Origin: Pseudomonadales bacterium
GTDB lineage: Bacteria; Pseudomonadota; Gammaproteobacteria; Pseudomonadales; Balneatricaceae
Assembly (NCBI GenBank): GCA_049625185.1
Contig: JBMZUZ010000007.1
Location: 32,704-96,703 of the forward strand
Reading direction: 5' to 3'
DNA length: 64,000 nt
Shown one piece after another: positions 36,813 to 47,465 of the stretch. The notes under the pieces were generated by a model, which made no database searches, was not told the DNA's origin, and was given only the letters and a program-made list of their open reading frames with translations. The position numbers and the translations under genes are program-made. Numbering within the stretch: the stretch's first letter is position 1; each line of letters begins with the position of its first letter.

Positions 36813-37976
36813 TTAGATACCTGCAGCAGCGCGCAAGGCGTCGGCTTTATCGGTTTTTTCCCAAGTAAAGTCTGGGTTATCACGACCAAAGTGACCATAG
36901 GCCGCTGTGGCGCGATAGATGGGCCGCTTAAGATCTAACATGGCTACTAGGCCACCCGCTTTTAGGTCAAAATGATCGCGCACCAACTGTTCAATCACGG
37001 CGTCACTTACTTTGCCTGTGCCAAAGGTGTTGATACTAATAGAAGTAGGTTCAGATACACCGATAGCATAAGAGACCTGAATTTCACACCGCTCTGCCAA
37101 CCCTGCAGCCACAATATTCTTAGCTACATAGCGGCCAGCATAGGCAGCACTGCGATCGACTTTGGAGGGGTCTTTACCAGAAAAAGCACCACCGCCATGA
37201 CGAGCCATGCCACCGTAGGTATCAACGATGATTTTGCGCCCAGTTAAACCACAGTCGCCCACGGGACCCCCAATGACAAAGTTACCAGTTGGGTTAATAT
37301 GATACTGGGTTTCATCATTAAGCCATGCTTTCGGTAACACCGGCTCAATAATATGCTTCATTACGGCTTCACGTAGTGCTTCCAATTCAATATCAGGACT
37401 ATGCTGGGTGGATAACACCACAGCATCAATACTGGCTGGTCTGCCATCGGCGCCATAGCGGAAGGTAAGTTGGCTTTTGGCATCGGGTCGCAACCAGGGT
37501 AATACCCCATTTTTACGCACCTTAGCTTGTTGCGCTACCAATTGATGAGCATAGTGAATGGGCGCAGGCATCAATGATTCTGTTTCATTGCTGGCGTAGC
37601 CAAACATCAAGCCCTGGTCACCAGCACCTTGTTCTTTGTTAGCGTTCTCATCCACGCCCATGGCGATATCAGATGATTGTTTACCGATGGCGTTAAGGAT
37701 AGCGCATGAATCGCCATCAAAACCCATATCCGATGAGGTGTAGCCAATATCTTTAACGACTTCACGCACCAGTTCTTCAATATCGACCCAGGAGTCGGTG
37801 CGTACTTCACCAGCAACGAGCACGATGCCAGTTTTGATAAGAGTTTCTACTGCGACGCGTGAATTGGGGTCTTTTGCCAACATGGCGTCTAAAATAGCAT
37901 CAGAAATTTGATCCGCAATTTTGTCCGGGTGCCCCTCGGAAACGGATTCAGATGTAAAGAGAGTATATTCGTTCAT
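36813..37976 (-). CDS. metK: S-adenosylmethionine synthetase
   Basis: 387 aa with [25 protein letters not shown] and [16 protein letters not shown]. Confidence 0.96.
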   Translation of the reverse strand: MNEYTLFTSESVSEGHPDKIADQISDAILDAMLAKDPNSRVAVETLIKTGIVLVAGEVRTDSWVDIEELVREVVKDIGYTSSDMGFDGDSCAILNAIGKQSSDIAMGVDENANKEQGAGDQGLMFGYASNETESLMPAPIHYAHQLVAQQAKVRKNGVLPWLRPDAKSQLTFRYGADGRPASIDAVVLSTQHSPDIELEALREAVMKHIIEPVLPKAWLNDETQYHINPTGNFVIGGPVGDCGLTGRKIIVDTYGGMARHGGGAFSGKDPSKVDRSAAYAGRYVAKNIVAAGLAERCEIQVSYAIGVSEPTSISINTFGTGKVSDAVIEQLVRDHFDLKAGGLVAMLDLKRPIYRATAAYGHFGRDNPDFTWEKTDKADALRAAAGI

Positions 37977-38121
37977 GAATGTGCCTCGTAATTGAATACT
38001 GTATTTGACGTTGTTGCCAAATTAACAGCAGTGACTTAATTACCAGCCTAGGGAGTGAGCCTTGGCGAGTGCCGTTGGTCAGTTGGTCGAATGATAAAGA
38101 TGCCAACTGAAACCAGCCAGC

Positions 38122-38149
38122 ATTATACCCATTACTGGGGTCTTGTGAA
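38122..38149 (-). promoter_or_regulatory. Putative sigma70 promoter of metK (TTCACA-16-TATAAT)
   Basis: On the minus strand, TTCACA (complement of 38144-38149), a 16-nt spacer, then a perfect TATAAT (38122-38127). This implies a leader of about 140 nt before the ATG at 37976. Confidence 0.45.
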
Positions 38150-38366
38150 TATGCTTTTATGCTAAATAGATGCCTGATGATCAGTATTTTGTGACAGACT
38201 TATCATAACTGCCATTGGTGCTATTAAATCGTGCTAAGCATAGAACAAAAAAAACCGTTTATTAGAATATCTCGGTTGTGCCCAAGGCTTTAGTGCGAGA
38301 CAATATGCGCCATATTTTACGGCCAACTATAGCCGTGCTATTTACCTTATTAACAGGAGTAATCAC

Positions 38367-40361
38367 ATGCCCTCCCGTCGCAATTTAGCCAATGCCATTC
38401 GTGCCCTTAGTATGGATGCAGTCCAGCAGGCCAAATCTGGTCATCCCGGTGCTCCTATGGGTATGGCCGATATTGCCGAAGTCTTGTGGAATGACTTTTT
38501 AAAGCATAATCCTAGCAACCCAGAATGGCTCAACCGTGACCGTTTTGTTTTGTCTAACGGTCATGGCTCTATGTTGTTGTACTCCTTGCTGCATTTAAGT
38601 GGCTATGGGGTGTCTATTGATGACTTAAAAAACTTCCGTCAGCTCCACGCCAAGACGGCAGGTCATCCAGAATATGGCTATGCTCCGGGTATTGAAACCA
38701 CCACAGGTCCTTTGGGTCAGGGTATTGCCAATGCTATCGGTATGGCTATTGCAGAAAAGACCTTAGCTGCCCAGTTTAATCGTGATGGCCATGAGATTAT
38801 TGACCACCATACCTTTGCTTTCCTAGGCGATGGCTGCTTAATGGAAGGCATTTCCCATGAGTCCTGTTCCTTGGCTGGTACTTTGGGCTTGGGTAAGTTG
38901 ATCGCGTTTTATGATGATAATGGTATTTCCATCGATGGTGAGGTAGAAGGTTGGTTTAATGACGACACGCCTAAGCGCTTTGAAAGTTATGGTTGGCATG
39001 TTATTCCAGCTATTGATGGCCATGATCCTGATGCTATCTTTGCAGCTATCGAGGCCGCCAAAGCCAATACTGACCAACCTACTTTGATTTGCTGTAAAAC
39101 CATTATTGGTTTTGGTTCACCCAATAAAGAAGGTAAAGAAGATTGTCACGGCGCGCCCCTAGGTGATGATGAAATTGCCCTAACTCGTAAGCGTTTGGAC
39201 TGGAGCTATGGGCCTTTTGATATTCCCGCAGATATTGCTGAGGAATGGGATGCCCGTGATGCTGGCTATGACGTCGAGCAAACGTGGAATCAGAGCTTTA
39301 AGGAATACAGCGCAGCTTATCCAGAATTGGCTGCTGAACTACTGCGGCGTATTGCTGGTGATCTGCCAGCCGATTTTAATGCCCAAGCGGATGCTTATAT
39401 TGCTGATCTTCAGTCTCAAGGCGATACTATTGCCAGCCGTAAAGCTTCCCAAAATGCCTTAAATGCTTTTGGTCCTTTATTACCTGAAATGCTTGGTGGT
39501 TCCGCTGACTTGGCTGGTTCCAACTTAACCATATGGTCTGGTAGCAAAGGCATTAGTAATGCTGATGCCAATGGTAACTATGTTTATTATGGTGTGCGTG
39601 AGTTTGCTATGTCGGCCATTATGAATGGTGTGGCTTTGCATGGTGGCTTTGTGCCTTATGGTGCCACCTTCCTAGTATTTATGGAGTATGCTCGTAATGC
39701 AGTGCGGATGGCCGCTTTGATGCGCCAGCGCGTGTTATTTGTTTATACCCATGACTCTATCGGTTTGGGTGAAGATGGCCCTACCCATCAACCCATTGAG
39801 CAAATCGCCAATTTACGGGCTACACCGCACCTAGATACCTGGCGCCCATGTGACACAGTCGAATCAGCTGTTGCTTGGAAAAGCTCTTTACAACGTATTG
39901 ATGGCCCTTCGGCATTAATCTTTTCGCGCCAAAATCTAGTCCATCAAGATCGTGACCAAGCCCAAGTAGAAGCGATTGCTAAAGGTGGTTATATCCTCAG
40001 TGAGTGCGATGGTGCACCTGAGGCCATTATTATTGCTACCGGTTCTGAAGTGGGCATTGCCCAAGATGCAGCAGCCCAATTAACAGCCCAAGGTCGCAAG
40101 GTACGTGTCGTCTCTATGCCTTGTACGGAAGCCTTTGAGCGTCAAGATGCGGCTTATCAAGAAAGTGTCTTACCTAAATCAGTGTCGGCTCGAGTTGCCG
40201 TTGAAGCAGCCCATGCTGACTATTGGTATAAGTATGTAGGCCTACAAGGTCGAGTGGTCGGTATGACGGACTTTGGTGCCTCGGCGCCAGCCAATGAGCT
40301 ATTTGAAATTTATGGCTTTACCGCTGACAATGTGGCTAAGCAGGTTAACGAACTACTTTAA
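38367..40361 (+). CDS. tkt: Transketolase
   Basis: 664 aa with [11 protein letters not shown] and the ThDP motif [12 protein letters not shown]. Confidence 0.95.
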   Translation: MPSRRNLANAIRALSMDAVQQAKSGHPGAPMGMADIAEVLWNDFLKHNPSNPEWLNRDRFVLSNGHGSMLLYSLLHLSGYGVSIDDLKNFRQLHAKTAGHPEYGYAPGIETTTGPLGQGIANAIGMAIAEKTLAAQFNRDGHEIIDHHTFAFLGDGCLMEGISHESCSLAGTLGLGKLIAFYDDNGISIDGEVEGWFNDDTPKRFESYGWHVIPAIDGHDPDAIFAAIEAAKANTDQPTLICCKTIIGFGSPNKEGKEDCHGAPLGDDEIALTRKRLDWSYGPFDIPADIAEEWDARDAGYDVEQTWNQSFKEYSAAYPELAAELLRRIAGDLPADFNAQADAYIADLQSQGDTIASRKASQNALNAFGPLLPEMLGGSADLAGSNLTIWSGSKGISNADANGNYVYYGVREFAMSAIMNGVALHGGFVPYGATFLVFMEYARNAVRMAALMRQRVLFVYTHDSIGLGEDGPTHQPIEQIANLRATPHLDTWRPCDTVESAVAWKSSLQRIDGPSALIFSRQNLVHQDRDQAQVEAIAKGGYILSECDGAPEAIIIATGSEVGIAQDAAAQLTAQGRKVRVVSMPCTEAFERQDAAYQESVLPKSVSARVAVEAAHADYWYKYVGLQGRVVGMTDFGASAPANELFEIYGFTADNVAKQVNELL

Positions 40362-40398
40362 CTACACTCTCAACGAGAGTCACTTAGTGCTGAGATAA

Positions 40399-41421
40399 AT
40401 GCCAAAAAGACTTGCTATTAATGGCTATGGTCGTATTGGGCGCGCTTTATTGCGAGCCCTGTATGAGCGCGGTCTGCAGGAGCAGCTACAAATAGTTGCG
40501 ATTAATGATTTAGGTATTGCTGAGTCGCTGCTGTATGAAACGCAATATGATTCTGTGCATGGTCACTTCCCCTTGCCAGTAGAAGCCACGCAAAGTGGTA
40601 TGTCGATTACAGACCAGCAAGGTAATAAGCATAACGTTTCACTTTACTGCCAAGATAATCCCCAAACTTTACCATGGCAGGATATCGATTTAGTCCTAGA
40701 ATGTTCAGGCAAACTAACCAGCCGGGCTTTATCAGAACAGCATCTTCAAGCTGGTGCGGATAAAGTGCTAATTGGTGCCCCAGCGGGTCAGGATGTTGAT
40801 CTAACTGTGGTCTATGGTATTAACCATCAGGATATCCGCCCCCATCACCAGATTATTTCCAATGCTTCTTGTACCACCAATTGTATGGCGCCCCTGTTAG
40901 CACCATTACAGGCTGCAGTAGGTATTGAAGACGGCCTGATGACTACTATTCATGCCTATACTAATGGCCAAGTGTTGACTGACACAGTGATAGATAAACT
41001 GGACTTGCGTCGGGGCAGAGCAGCTACTCAGTCCATGATCCCCACCACGACGCATGCCACTCAGGCTTTGGGTTGGGTGTTGCCAGAAGTTGCTGACAAG
41101 ATTACGGGCTACAGCATGCGAGTGCCGACTATCAATGTCTCGGTAGTCGATCTAGTACTGCGCCCAAGTCAGCCCACAAGTGTTGAAGAAATTAATGCCA
41201 TTATGCAGGTGGCCAGTGACCAAGACCCTTATGGTGTTTTGGGTATTAATTGGGAGCCTTTGGTTTCCATCGACTTTAATCATTGCCCTAAATCAGCGGT
41301 ATTCGATGCCACTCAAACCATGCAAATGGGAGAGTTAATTAAAGTTTTGGCTTGGTATGATAACGAATGGGGTTATGCCAACCGAATGTTAGATGTGGCT
41401 TTAGCCATGTTATGTGAGTAA
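40399..41421 (+). CDS. epd: Glyceraldehyde-3-phosphate / erythrose-4-phosphate dehydrogenase family protein (Epd-like by position)
   Basis: NGYGRIGR NAD-binding motif and the catalytic SNASCTTNC. The tkt-epd-pgk-fba order matches the E. coli epd-pgk-fbaA operon. Substrate specificity cannot be judged by eye. Confidence 0.75.
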   Translation: MPKRLAINGYGRIGRALLRALYERGLQEQLQIVAINDLGIAESLLYETQYDSVHGHFPLPVEATQSGMSITDQQGNKHNVSLYCQDNPQTLPWQDIDLVLECSGKLTSRALSEQHLQAGADKVLIGAPAGQDVDLTVVYGINHQDIRPHHQIISNASCTTNCMAPLLAPLQAAVGIEDGLMTTIHAYTNGQVLTDTVIDKLDLRRGRAATQSMIPTTTHATQALGWVLPEVADKITGYSMRVPTINVSVVDLVLRPSQPTSVEEINAIMQVASDQDPYGVLGINWEPLVSIDFNHCPKSAVFDATQTMQMGELIKVLAWYDNEWGYANRMLDVALAMLCE

Positions 41422-41442
41422 AAACCAACTACAGGAAAACCT

Positions 41443-42603
41443 ATGCCTATTATCAATATGACGGACTTGGACTTAGCTGGTAAGCGAGTGCTAATTCGTG
41501 AAGATTTAAATGTGCCCGTAAAAGATGGTGTCGTTACTAGCGATGCTCGCTTACGTGCCTCATTACCCACCATTGAGCTGGCTTTACAGGCGGGTGCTGC
41601 GGTTATGATTACGTCACATCTAGGTCGCCCCCAAGAAGGTCAGTATGATAGCCAGTTTTCCCTACAGCCAGTGGTGGATTGGTTAGCAGAACGTTTACCC
41701 AATAAGGTTAGGTTGCAAAAAGATTGGTTGCAAGGCGTTGAGGCAGAAGCGGGAACCTTAATTGTCTTGGAGAATTGCCGTTTTAATGTGGGCGAAAAGG
41801 CCAACGACGAAACTCTGGCAAAGCAGATGGCCGCCCTCTGCGATATTTATGTTAACGATGCTTTTGGTACAGCTCACAGAGCCCAAGCGAGTACCCATGG
41901 CGTAGCTCAGTTTGCTCCTGTAGCTTGCGCTGGTCCATTATTAGCTGCCGAATTAGATGCCTTAGCTAAGGCCCTAGATAATCCTAAACGACCAATGGTT
42001 GCTGTAGTGGGTGGCTCTAAAGTGTCAACCAAGCTTACTGTTCTAGAGGCTTTATCTGATAAGGTTGATCAGTTAATTGTAGGTGGCGGTATCGCTAATA
42101 CCTTTTTGGCTGCTGCTGGCCACCCAGTAGGTAAGTCTCTATACGAAGCCAATCTGGTCGATAACGCCAAAGCGCTAATGAGCAAAACCAGTATCCCTAT
42201 TCCTACAGATGTGGTTACCGCCACTGAATTTAGTGAAACGGCTGCGGCCACCACTAAAGATGCGTCTACTGTGACAGACGACGATATGATTATGGATGTG
42301 GGGCCTGATTCTGCTGCCGCATTAGCCGAGATATTGGCTACCGCAGGCACCATTATTTGGAATGGTCCACTTGGTGTATTTGAATTTGATCAGTTTAGTG
42401 GCGGTACGGAAGTACTGTCTCTTGCTATTGCTAAGGCGGATGGATTTTCTATTGCTGGCGGCGGCGATACTTTGGCGGCTGTTGATAAGTTTGATATTAG
42501 TGATCAGGTATCCTATATTTCTACAGGTGGTGGCGCATTTCTGGAATTTGTTGAAGGTAAGCAATTACCAGCGGTGGCCATTTTACAACAACGCGGGAAC
42601 TAA
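41443..42603 (+). CDS. pgk: Phosphoglycerate kinase
   Basis: 386 aa with [11 protein letters not shown], and GGGDT near the C-terminus. Confidence 0.95.
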   Translation: MPIINMTDLDLAGKRVLIREDLNVPVKDGVVTSDARLRASLPTIELALQAGAAVMITSHLGRPQEGQYDSQFSLQPVVDWLAERLPNKVRLQKDWLQGVEAEAGTLIVLENCRFNVGEKANDETLAKQMAALCDIYVNDAFGTAHRAQASTHGVAQFAPVACAGPLLAAELDALAKALDNPKRPMVAVVGGSKVSTKLTVLEALSDKVDQLIVGGGIANTFLAAAGHPVGKSLYEANLVDNAKALMSKTSIPIPTDVVTATEFSETAAATTKDASTVTDDDMIMDVGPDSAAALAEILATAGTIIWNGPLGVFEFDQFSGGTEVLSLAIAKADGFSIAGGGDTLAAVDKFDISDQVSYISTGGGAFLEFVEGKQLPAVAILQQRGN

Positions 42604-42614
42604 GGAGCACTGTT

Positions 42615-43658
42615 ATGGCGCTAGTCAGTTTACGGCAACTACTTGATCATGCTGCTGAGCATGGTTACGGTATCCCAGCTTTTAATGTCAATAATCTAGA
42701 ACAAACGCGTGCCATAATGCAGGCCGCTGATAAGACTAATAGTCCCGTAATAGTGCAAGCCTCGGCTGGTGCCAGGAAATATGCAGGCTCTAATTTCCTT
42801 CGGCATATGATCTTAGCGGCTATGGATGAATTCCCCCATATCCCAGTATGTATGCACCTAGACCATGGTAATGCTGCGGCCACCTGTCAAAAAGCCATTG
42901 CTATGGGCTTTTCTTCGGTGATGATGGATGGCTCTTTGGGTGAAGACTCCAAAACCCCAACAAGTTATGAGTACAATGTGGAAGTAACTCGCCGTACGGT
43001 GGAAATGGCCCATGCTTGTGGTGTGTCTGTAGAGGGAGAGCTAGGCTGTTTAGGTTCTTTGGAAACGGGCGAGGCTGGTGAGGAAGATGGCGTTGGTGCA
43101 GAAGGTAAGCTGACGCAGGAACAAATGCTAACCGACCCAGAAGAGGCGGCTGATTTTGTGGCTAAGACGAAAGTCGATGCATTGGCCATTGCTTGTGGTA
43201 CTAGCCATGGCGCTTATAAGTTTACCCGTCCACCAACGGGTGATATTTTGGCCATCGATCGCATTGCAGCGATTCATAAACAGATACCAAATACCCACCT
43301 AGTCATGCATGGCTCATCCTCCGTACCACAGGAATGGTTGGCAGTGATTAATGAGTATGGTGGGGCTATTCCAGAAACCTACGGTGTGCCCGTTGAGCAG
43401 ATCGTAGAGGGCATTAAGCATGGCGTCCGCAAGGTGAATGTCGATACTGATCTGCGTCTGGCTTCCACGGGTGCTATACGTCGCTTTTTGGCTCATAATC
43501 AAGCCGAATTTGACCCTCGTAAATACCTTGCCCAAACCATGGCCGCTATGCAGCAAGTATGTGAAGATCGCTATAATGCCTTTGGTGCGGCAGGTAATGC
43601 CGATAAGATCAAGCCAATTAGCCTAGAAAATATGGCTACTCAGTACTACGGAATTTAA
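42615..43658 (+). CDS. fba: Class II fructose-1,6-bisphosphate aldolase
   Basis: 347 aa with the N-terminus [22 protein letters not shown], the zinc-ligand context HLDHG, and HGSS. Confidence 0.92.
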   Translation: MALVSLRQLLDHAAEHGYGIPAFNVNNLEQTRAIMQAADKTNSPVIVQASAGARKYAGSNFLRHMILAAMDEFPHIPVCMHLDHGNAAATCQKAIAMGFSSVMMDGSLGEDSKTPTSYEYNVEVTRRTVEMAHACGVSVEGELGCLGSLETGEAGEEDGVGAEGKLTQEQMLTDPEEAADFVAKTKVDALAIACGTSHGAYKFTRPPTGDILAIDRIAAIHKQIPNTHLVMHGSSSVPQEWLAVINEYGGAIPETYGVPVEQIVEGIKHGVRKVNVDTDLRLASTGAIRRFLAHNQAEFDPRKYLAQTMAAMQQVCEDRYNAFGAAGNADKIKPISLENMATQYYGI

Positions 43659-43686
43659 GACCTAAGCTTGGTCATAAGCACCTACT

Positions 43687-43718
43687 AAACCCCGCCTTTT
43701 GTTGCGGGGTTTTGTTTG
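43687..43718 (+). terminator. Rho-independent terminator of the tkt-epd-pgk-fba operon
   Basis: AAACCCCGC-cttttgtt-GCGGGGTTT is a 9-bp GC-rich stem followed by TGTTTGG. It lies 29 nt after the fba stop. Confidence 0.8.
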
Positions 43719-43876
43719 GCTGTCGATTTTTTCTCGAGGCGTATACATCCATAAATATTGCTTCTAAAGTATAAATAGTAAAGCAGCAATGGCCTGCTAA
43801 ACTTATTTTTAAGTCAGACTTTTAATTCCTTGTTGGTGTTAAATGATGTGTAAATTTTCTAAAGGTAGACAGAAAT

Positions 43877-44403
43877 TTGTTCGAGTTTGATGAGAAAATA
43901 ATTGCGGAGCAAATGCATTTACTTATCGAATATTGTCAGAGTTACGCTCTCTTCAATAAAGTTAAAGATATAGAGTTTTCTGGTGATGACACTGTCTACT
44001 GGACACATATATCAAATATGGCTGCAAATGATCTAGTATGTAAGTGGTGCATGGTTTTTGGCAGTGACAAAAATCATATACATTGGAAAAACACATCTAG
44101 ATGTAATGAATATGAAGAGCATGTTCGTACACTAATACTAGGTTTTTTTCTAATATTAATGAGTGGAAGCAATATAGGAAACAGACAATAGACTTTAGAA
44201 ATTTCTATACATCACATAGAGATCTTAAAAAGCGTGTTCCACTGCCAAATTTTGAAAAAGGTTTTAAAGTATCTGAATGTTACTTTAACTTATTGGTTGA
44301 TAGCTTAAGTTGGAAAGGTGACCAGCCGTATTTGGAAGATTATTGTGAGAAGCACAAAGCAATTATATCTGTTTGGTTAACAAAAAAAGAAATAGTCGAT
44401 TGA
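43877..44403 (+). pseudogene. HEPN-like (Rx5H) hypothetical gene split by a frameshift at a T7 run (conceptual full length 175 aa)
   Basis: Frame 1 (TTG 43877 to stop 44189-44191) and frame 2 (open 44116 to TGA 44401-44403, with no in-frame ATG) join if the T7 run at 44143-44149 is read as T8 or with a -1 slip. The downstream half carries FRNFYTSHRD. Confidence 0.6.
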
Positions 44404-44444
44404 TTCAAATTAGTACATTCGCCTAACAATAGATCAGGTAAATC

Positions 44445-44936
44445 ATGCCTTTTACACCAGTACATATGGGTCCAGGTATTCTTATAAAAGCCATCTTACA
44501 GGGTAGTTTTAGCTTGATGGTCTTTGGCTGGACGCAAATTCTAATGGATATTCAGCCCTTGGTGGTTTTGATAACCGGGAAGGGGCACTTACATGGATTT
44601 TCTCATACTTTCTTGGGTGGTTCGCTTATTGCTGTTATAGCTGCAATAACAGGCAAATATTTGGCAGAGCTGGGGCTTAAAATATTATCTTTAGGTAAAC
44701 AACCTGTCATTATCTTCTGGCCTGTTGCCTTTCTTAGTGCTTTTATTGGCAGCTTTAGTCACGTTTGGTTGGATAGTATTATGCATACAGATGTAGAGCC
44801 CTTTTACCCTGTTTTTTTATACAACCATTTCCATGGTCTAGTTTCTGTGGCCGTTTTACATAAGCTTTGTCTATATAGTGGTCTATTTGGCACGGGTCTA
44901 TATTTTTTGGTTAGTTGGCGGACTGGCAAACAGTAA
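44445..44936 (+). CDS. Membrane-bound metal-dependent hydrolase-like protein (YdjM/DUF457-like)
   Basis: 163 aa, about 4-5 TM segments. GHLHGFSHTFLGG and GSFSHVWLDSIMHTDVEPFYP resemble the YdjM motifs (HRGFTHS; SHxxxDxxTxxGxP). The assignment is from memory. Confidence 0.5.
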   Translation: MPFTPVHMGPGILIKAILQGSFSLMVFGWTQILMDIQPLVVLITGKGHLHGFSHTFLGGSLIAVIAAITGKYLAELGLKILSLGKQPVIIFWPVAFLSAFIGSFSHVWLDSIMHTDVEPFYPVFLYNHFHGLVSVAVLHKLCLYSGLFGTGLYFLVSWRTGKQ

Positions 44937-45006
44937 ACGCCATTAGTCTCAATCTTGCATTTGTTTAAGATATGCATTGCTAATGCTATGTTTATAGGAA
45001 TTGGCT

Positions 45007-45318
45007 ATGAAAATTATAATAAGTAAAAAGTTTACTGCAGATAAAGCTTGGGGTGCGTTGGACATCACAAGCATAAATGGTATTTCCACTCGTTTACATT
45101 GGACTGATCAACCATATCAGTGGCATGTTAATGATGGTGAAGAAGTGTTTGTTGTGCTCGATGGTGAAGTTGAGATGTTCTATCGTAAAAATGGCAATAA
45201 GCATTCTTGCAAGCTAGAAGTGGGTGATATTTTTTATGCTTCTATCGGCACCGAGCATGTTGCCCACCCCATAGGGCAGGCACGTATTCTGGTGGTAGAA
45301 AAAGAGGGCAGTATTTAA
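45007..45318 (+). CDS. Small cupin-domain protein
   Basis: 103 aa from ATG 45007. It has a cupin_2-like pattern: WHVNDGEEVFVVLDGEVEMF … GDIFYASIGTEHVAHP. Confidence 0.65.
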   Translation: MKIIISKKFTADKAWGALDITSINGISTRLHWTDQPYQWHVNDGEEVFVVLDGEVEMFYRKNGNKHSCKLEVGDIFYASIGTEHVAHPIGQARILVVEKEGSI

Positions 45319-45425
45319 CTAGGAAATCACATTGGCTGGACTTAGCTGCCCAGTCTGCAAAAGCTTGCTCACTATTTCTGCGAATGTTAGAAAACAACAA
45401 TATATTTGGGCATTGGAGTTAATAG

Positions 45426-46127
45426 ATGAAAACCATTGGTTTACTGGGCGGTATGAGCTGGCAAAGTAGCCTCGACTATTATCGTGCCATCAATGAAGGT
45501 GTGCAGCATCAACTTGGGGGTTTACACTCAGGTAAGGTGGTTCTGTATAGTCTTGATTTTGCTGCTATTGCAAAGTTACAGCATGAAGGCGATTGGCAAG
45601 GCACCGCTGATATTTTGATTAAAGCAGCCCTAGATATTCAGGCCGCTGGAGCAGACTTCTTGCTTATCTGTACCAATACCATGCATAAGCTGGCGCCCGA
45701 AATTGAGGCGGCGATTAATATACCCCTATTGCATATTGCCGATGCTACCGCCGAAATTCTGGTTGATAAGGGAATCAAGACAGTTGGTTTGTTAGGCACA
45801 GGGTTTACCATGGAACAAGACTTCTATAAGGGTAGGCTAACAGATCAGTATGGTCTTCAAGTTATAGTGCCGGCAAAGCAGGATAGGGATTTGATTCACA
45901 AAGTTATTTATCAAGAACTTTGTCTGGGCAAGATTAAAGCGGACTCCAAAAGTGAATATTTACGTATTATCGAAAGTCTTCAAGCGCAGGGTGCGCAAGC
46001 TATTATTCTTGGTTGTACAGAGATTGGTATGTTGGTTAAACAAACCGACACCCCTATTGAGCTATTTGATACGACAGCTATACATGCTCAGCAGGCAGTA
46101 AAATATGCCATAATGGATTCAACTTAA
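45426..46127 (+). CDS. ygeA: Asp/Glu/hydantoin racemase-family amino acid racemase, YgeA type
   Basis: 233 aa. MKTIGLLGGMSWQSSLDYYRAINEGV, LICTNTMHK and ILGCTEIG (the two catalytic-Cys contexts) closely track E. coli YgeA as I recall it. Confidence 0.75.
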   Translation: MKTIGLLGGMSWQSSLDYYRAINEGVQHQLGGLHSGKVVLYSLDFAAIAKLQHEGDWQGTADILIKAALDIQAAGADFLLICTNTMHKLAPEIEAAINIPLLHIADATAEILVDKGIKTVGLLGTGFTMEQDFYKGRLTDQYGLQVIVPAKQDRDLIHKVIYQELCLGKIKADSKSEYLRIIESLQAQGAQAIILGCTEIGMLVKQTDTPIELFDTTAIHAQQAVKYAIMDST

Positions 46128-46165
46128 GTAATGCCCCATATGCAAAGATAAAAAAGGGTTTATAG

Positions 46166-47377
46166 ATGAGCAAGCAAGATAAAAGTTTTCAGGCAGATGC
46201 CGGATTGGAAAATGCCCTTGATTTGCTGCGTCAACCTACTGCCCAACAACAGCCACTACCTAAAAGCCTAGCAGCACAGGGCATAGGTGAAGAAGCTGCC
46301 TTATCCCTATTGGCACCCTATGTGTTTGGGGAAGCCAGTTATCTTGATAGCCCCACCGCATTTGCTCATATGGATCCACCCACGCCTTGGATAACTTGGG
46401 CGACAAGTCTATGGAATGCACGCTTAAATCAAAATTTACTCCATCCAGCCACAGCCCCTTTTGCTAGACAGGCAGAAGAATTAGTGATGGCTTGGTTAGC
46501 GCCTTGGTTTGGTATGCAGGGTGGGCATATGTGTTCTGGTTCCACTTTAGCTAACTTAACAGCGCTTTGGGCTGCTAGAGATGCTGGCCAGGTTGAACAA
46601 ATTATTGCTTCTACCAGTGCCCATATTAGTATTGCTAAAGCAGCAAATATTCTTGGGTTGCCTTATAAGCAAGTGGCTACCAATGCAATAGGTCAGATTG
46701 ACCCTGCTAAAGTGAGTGAATTAGGTGATATAAGTAATGCCTGTTTGGTGTTAACCGCCGGCACCACGGCGACAGGGGCAATCGATAATTTGGCCTTAGT
46801 GGGTAAAGCTAAATGGACTCATATTGATGCCGCATGGGCCGGTCCCCTGGGCCTAAGTGACAAATATGCTGGCTTACTGGCAGGTATGGAACTGGCTGAC
46901 TCAGTGGCCGTCTCTGCCCATAAATGGTTATTTCAGCCCAAAGATTCTGCCTTGGTGATGTTTCGTCAACCGCAACTAGCGAATTCGGCGATTAGCTTTG
47001 GTGGGGGTTACCTTGCTGCACCAAATATTGGTGTGCAAGGTTCACGTGGTGCTGCAGCCATCTCTTTGTTAGCCACTTTATTGGCTTGGGGCAAAGGGGG
47101 GCTGGCACAACGTATTGAGCAAACCATGTCTATGTCCCATACTCTGGCAGAGGCCCTGCAACAAGAAACAGATATAATTCTATTGGCTATGCCCACAACA
47201 GGGGTAACAGTGTTTCGTCCCACTAATATAAGTACAGAGCAGCTTTATCAACGTTTACCTGCCGGCATGCTGTCAACTTGTATGGTTGAAGGTGAGCATT
47301 GGTTACGTTCTGTTGCAGCCAACCCAATGGCTGATATGGATAAGATAATTGATGCTATTCGCAAGGCATTACCATAA
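46166..47377 (+). CDS. Group II PLP-dependent amino acid decarboxylase (short, MfnA/PanP-like size class)
   Basis: 403 aa. GSTLANLTALWAARD, and the PLP-lysine context VAVSAHKWLFQPKDSALVMF typical of fold-type I decarboxylases. The substrate is unknown. Confidence 0.7.
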   Translation: MSKQDKSFQADAGLENALDLLRQPTAQQQPLPKSLAAQGIGEEAALSLLAPYVFGEASYLDSPTAFAHMDPPTPWITWATSLWNARLNQNLLHPATAPFARQAEELVMAWLAPWFGMQGGHMCSGSTLANLTALWAARDAGQVEQIIASTSAHISIAKAANILGLPYKQVATNAIGQIDPAKVSELGDISNACLVLTAGTTATGAIDNLALVGKAKWTHIDAAWAGPLGLSDKYAGLLAGMELADSVAVSAHKWLFQPKDSALVMFRQPQLANSAISFGGGYLAAPNIGVQGSRGAAAISLLATLLAWGKGGLAQRIEQTMSMSHTLAEALQQETDIILLAMPTTGVTVFRPTNISTEQLYQRLPAGMLSTCMVEGEHWLRSVAANPMADMDKIIDAIRKALP

Positions 47378-47465
47378 ACTGAATGACAAGATACTAAGCC
47401 GATAAGTCAAAAAATATGGCCTTGGTGTCGCCCAATAGTCAATTTGAGAGAAAAGGAAAATAATA

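Noticed and set aside
36680-36898. 72-aa minus-strand ORF spanning the metK / rsmE junction; also 4626-4883 over the ftsY 5' end
   Set aside because: These are alternative frames across well-supported genes. They have no motifs and are not independently supported.
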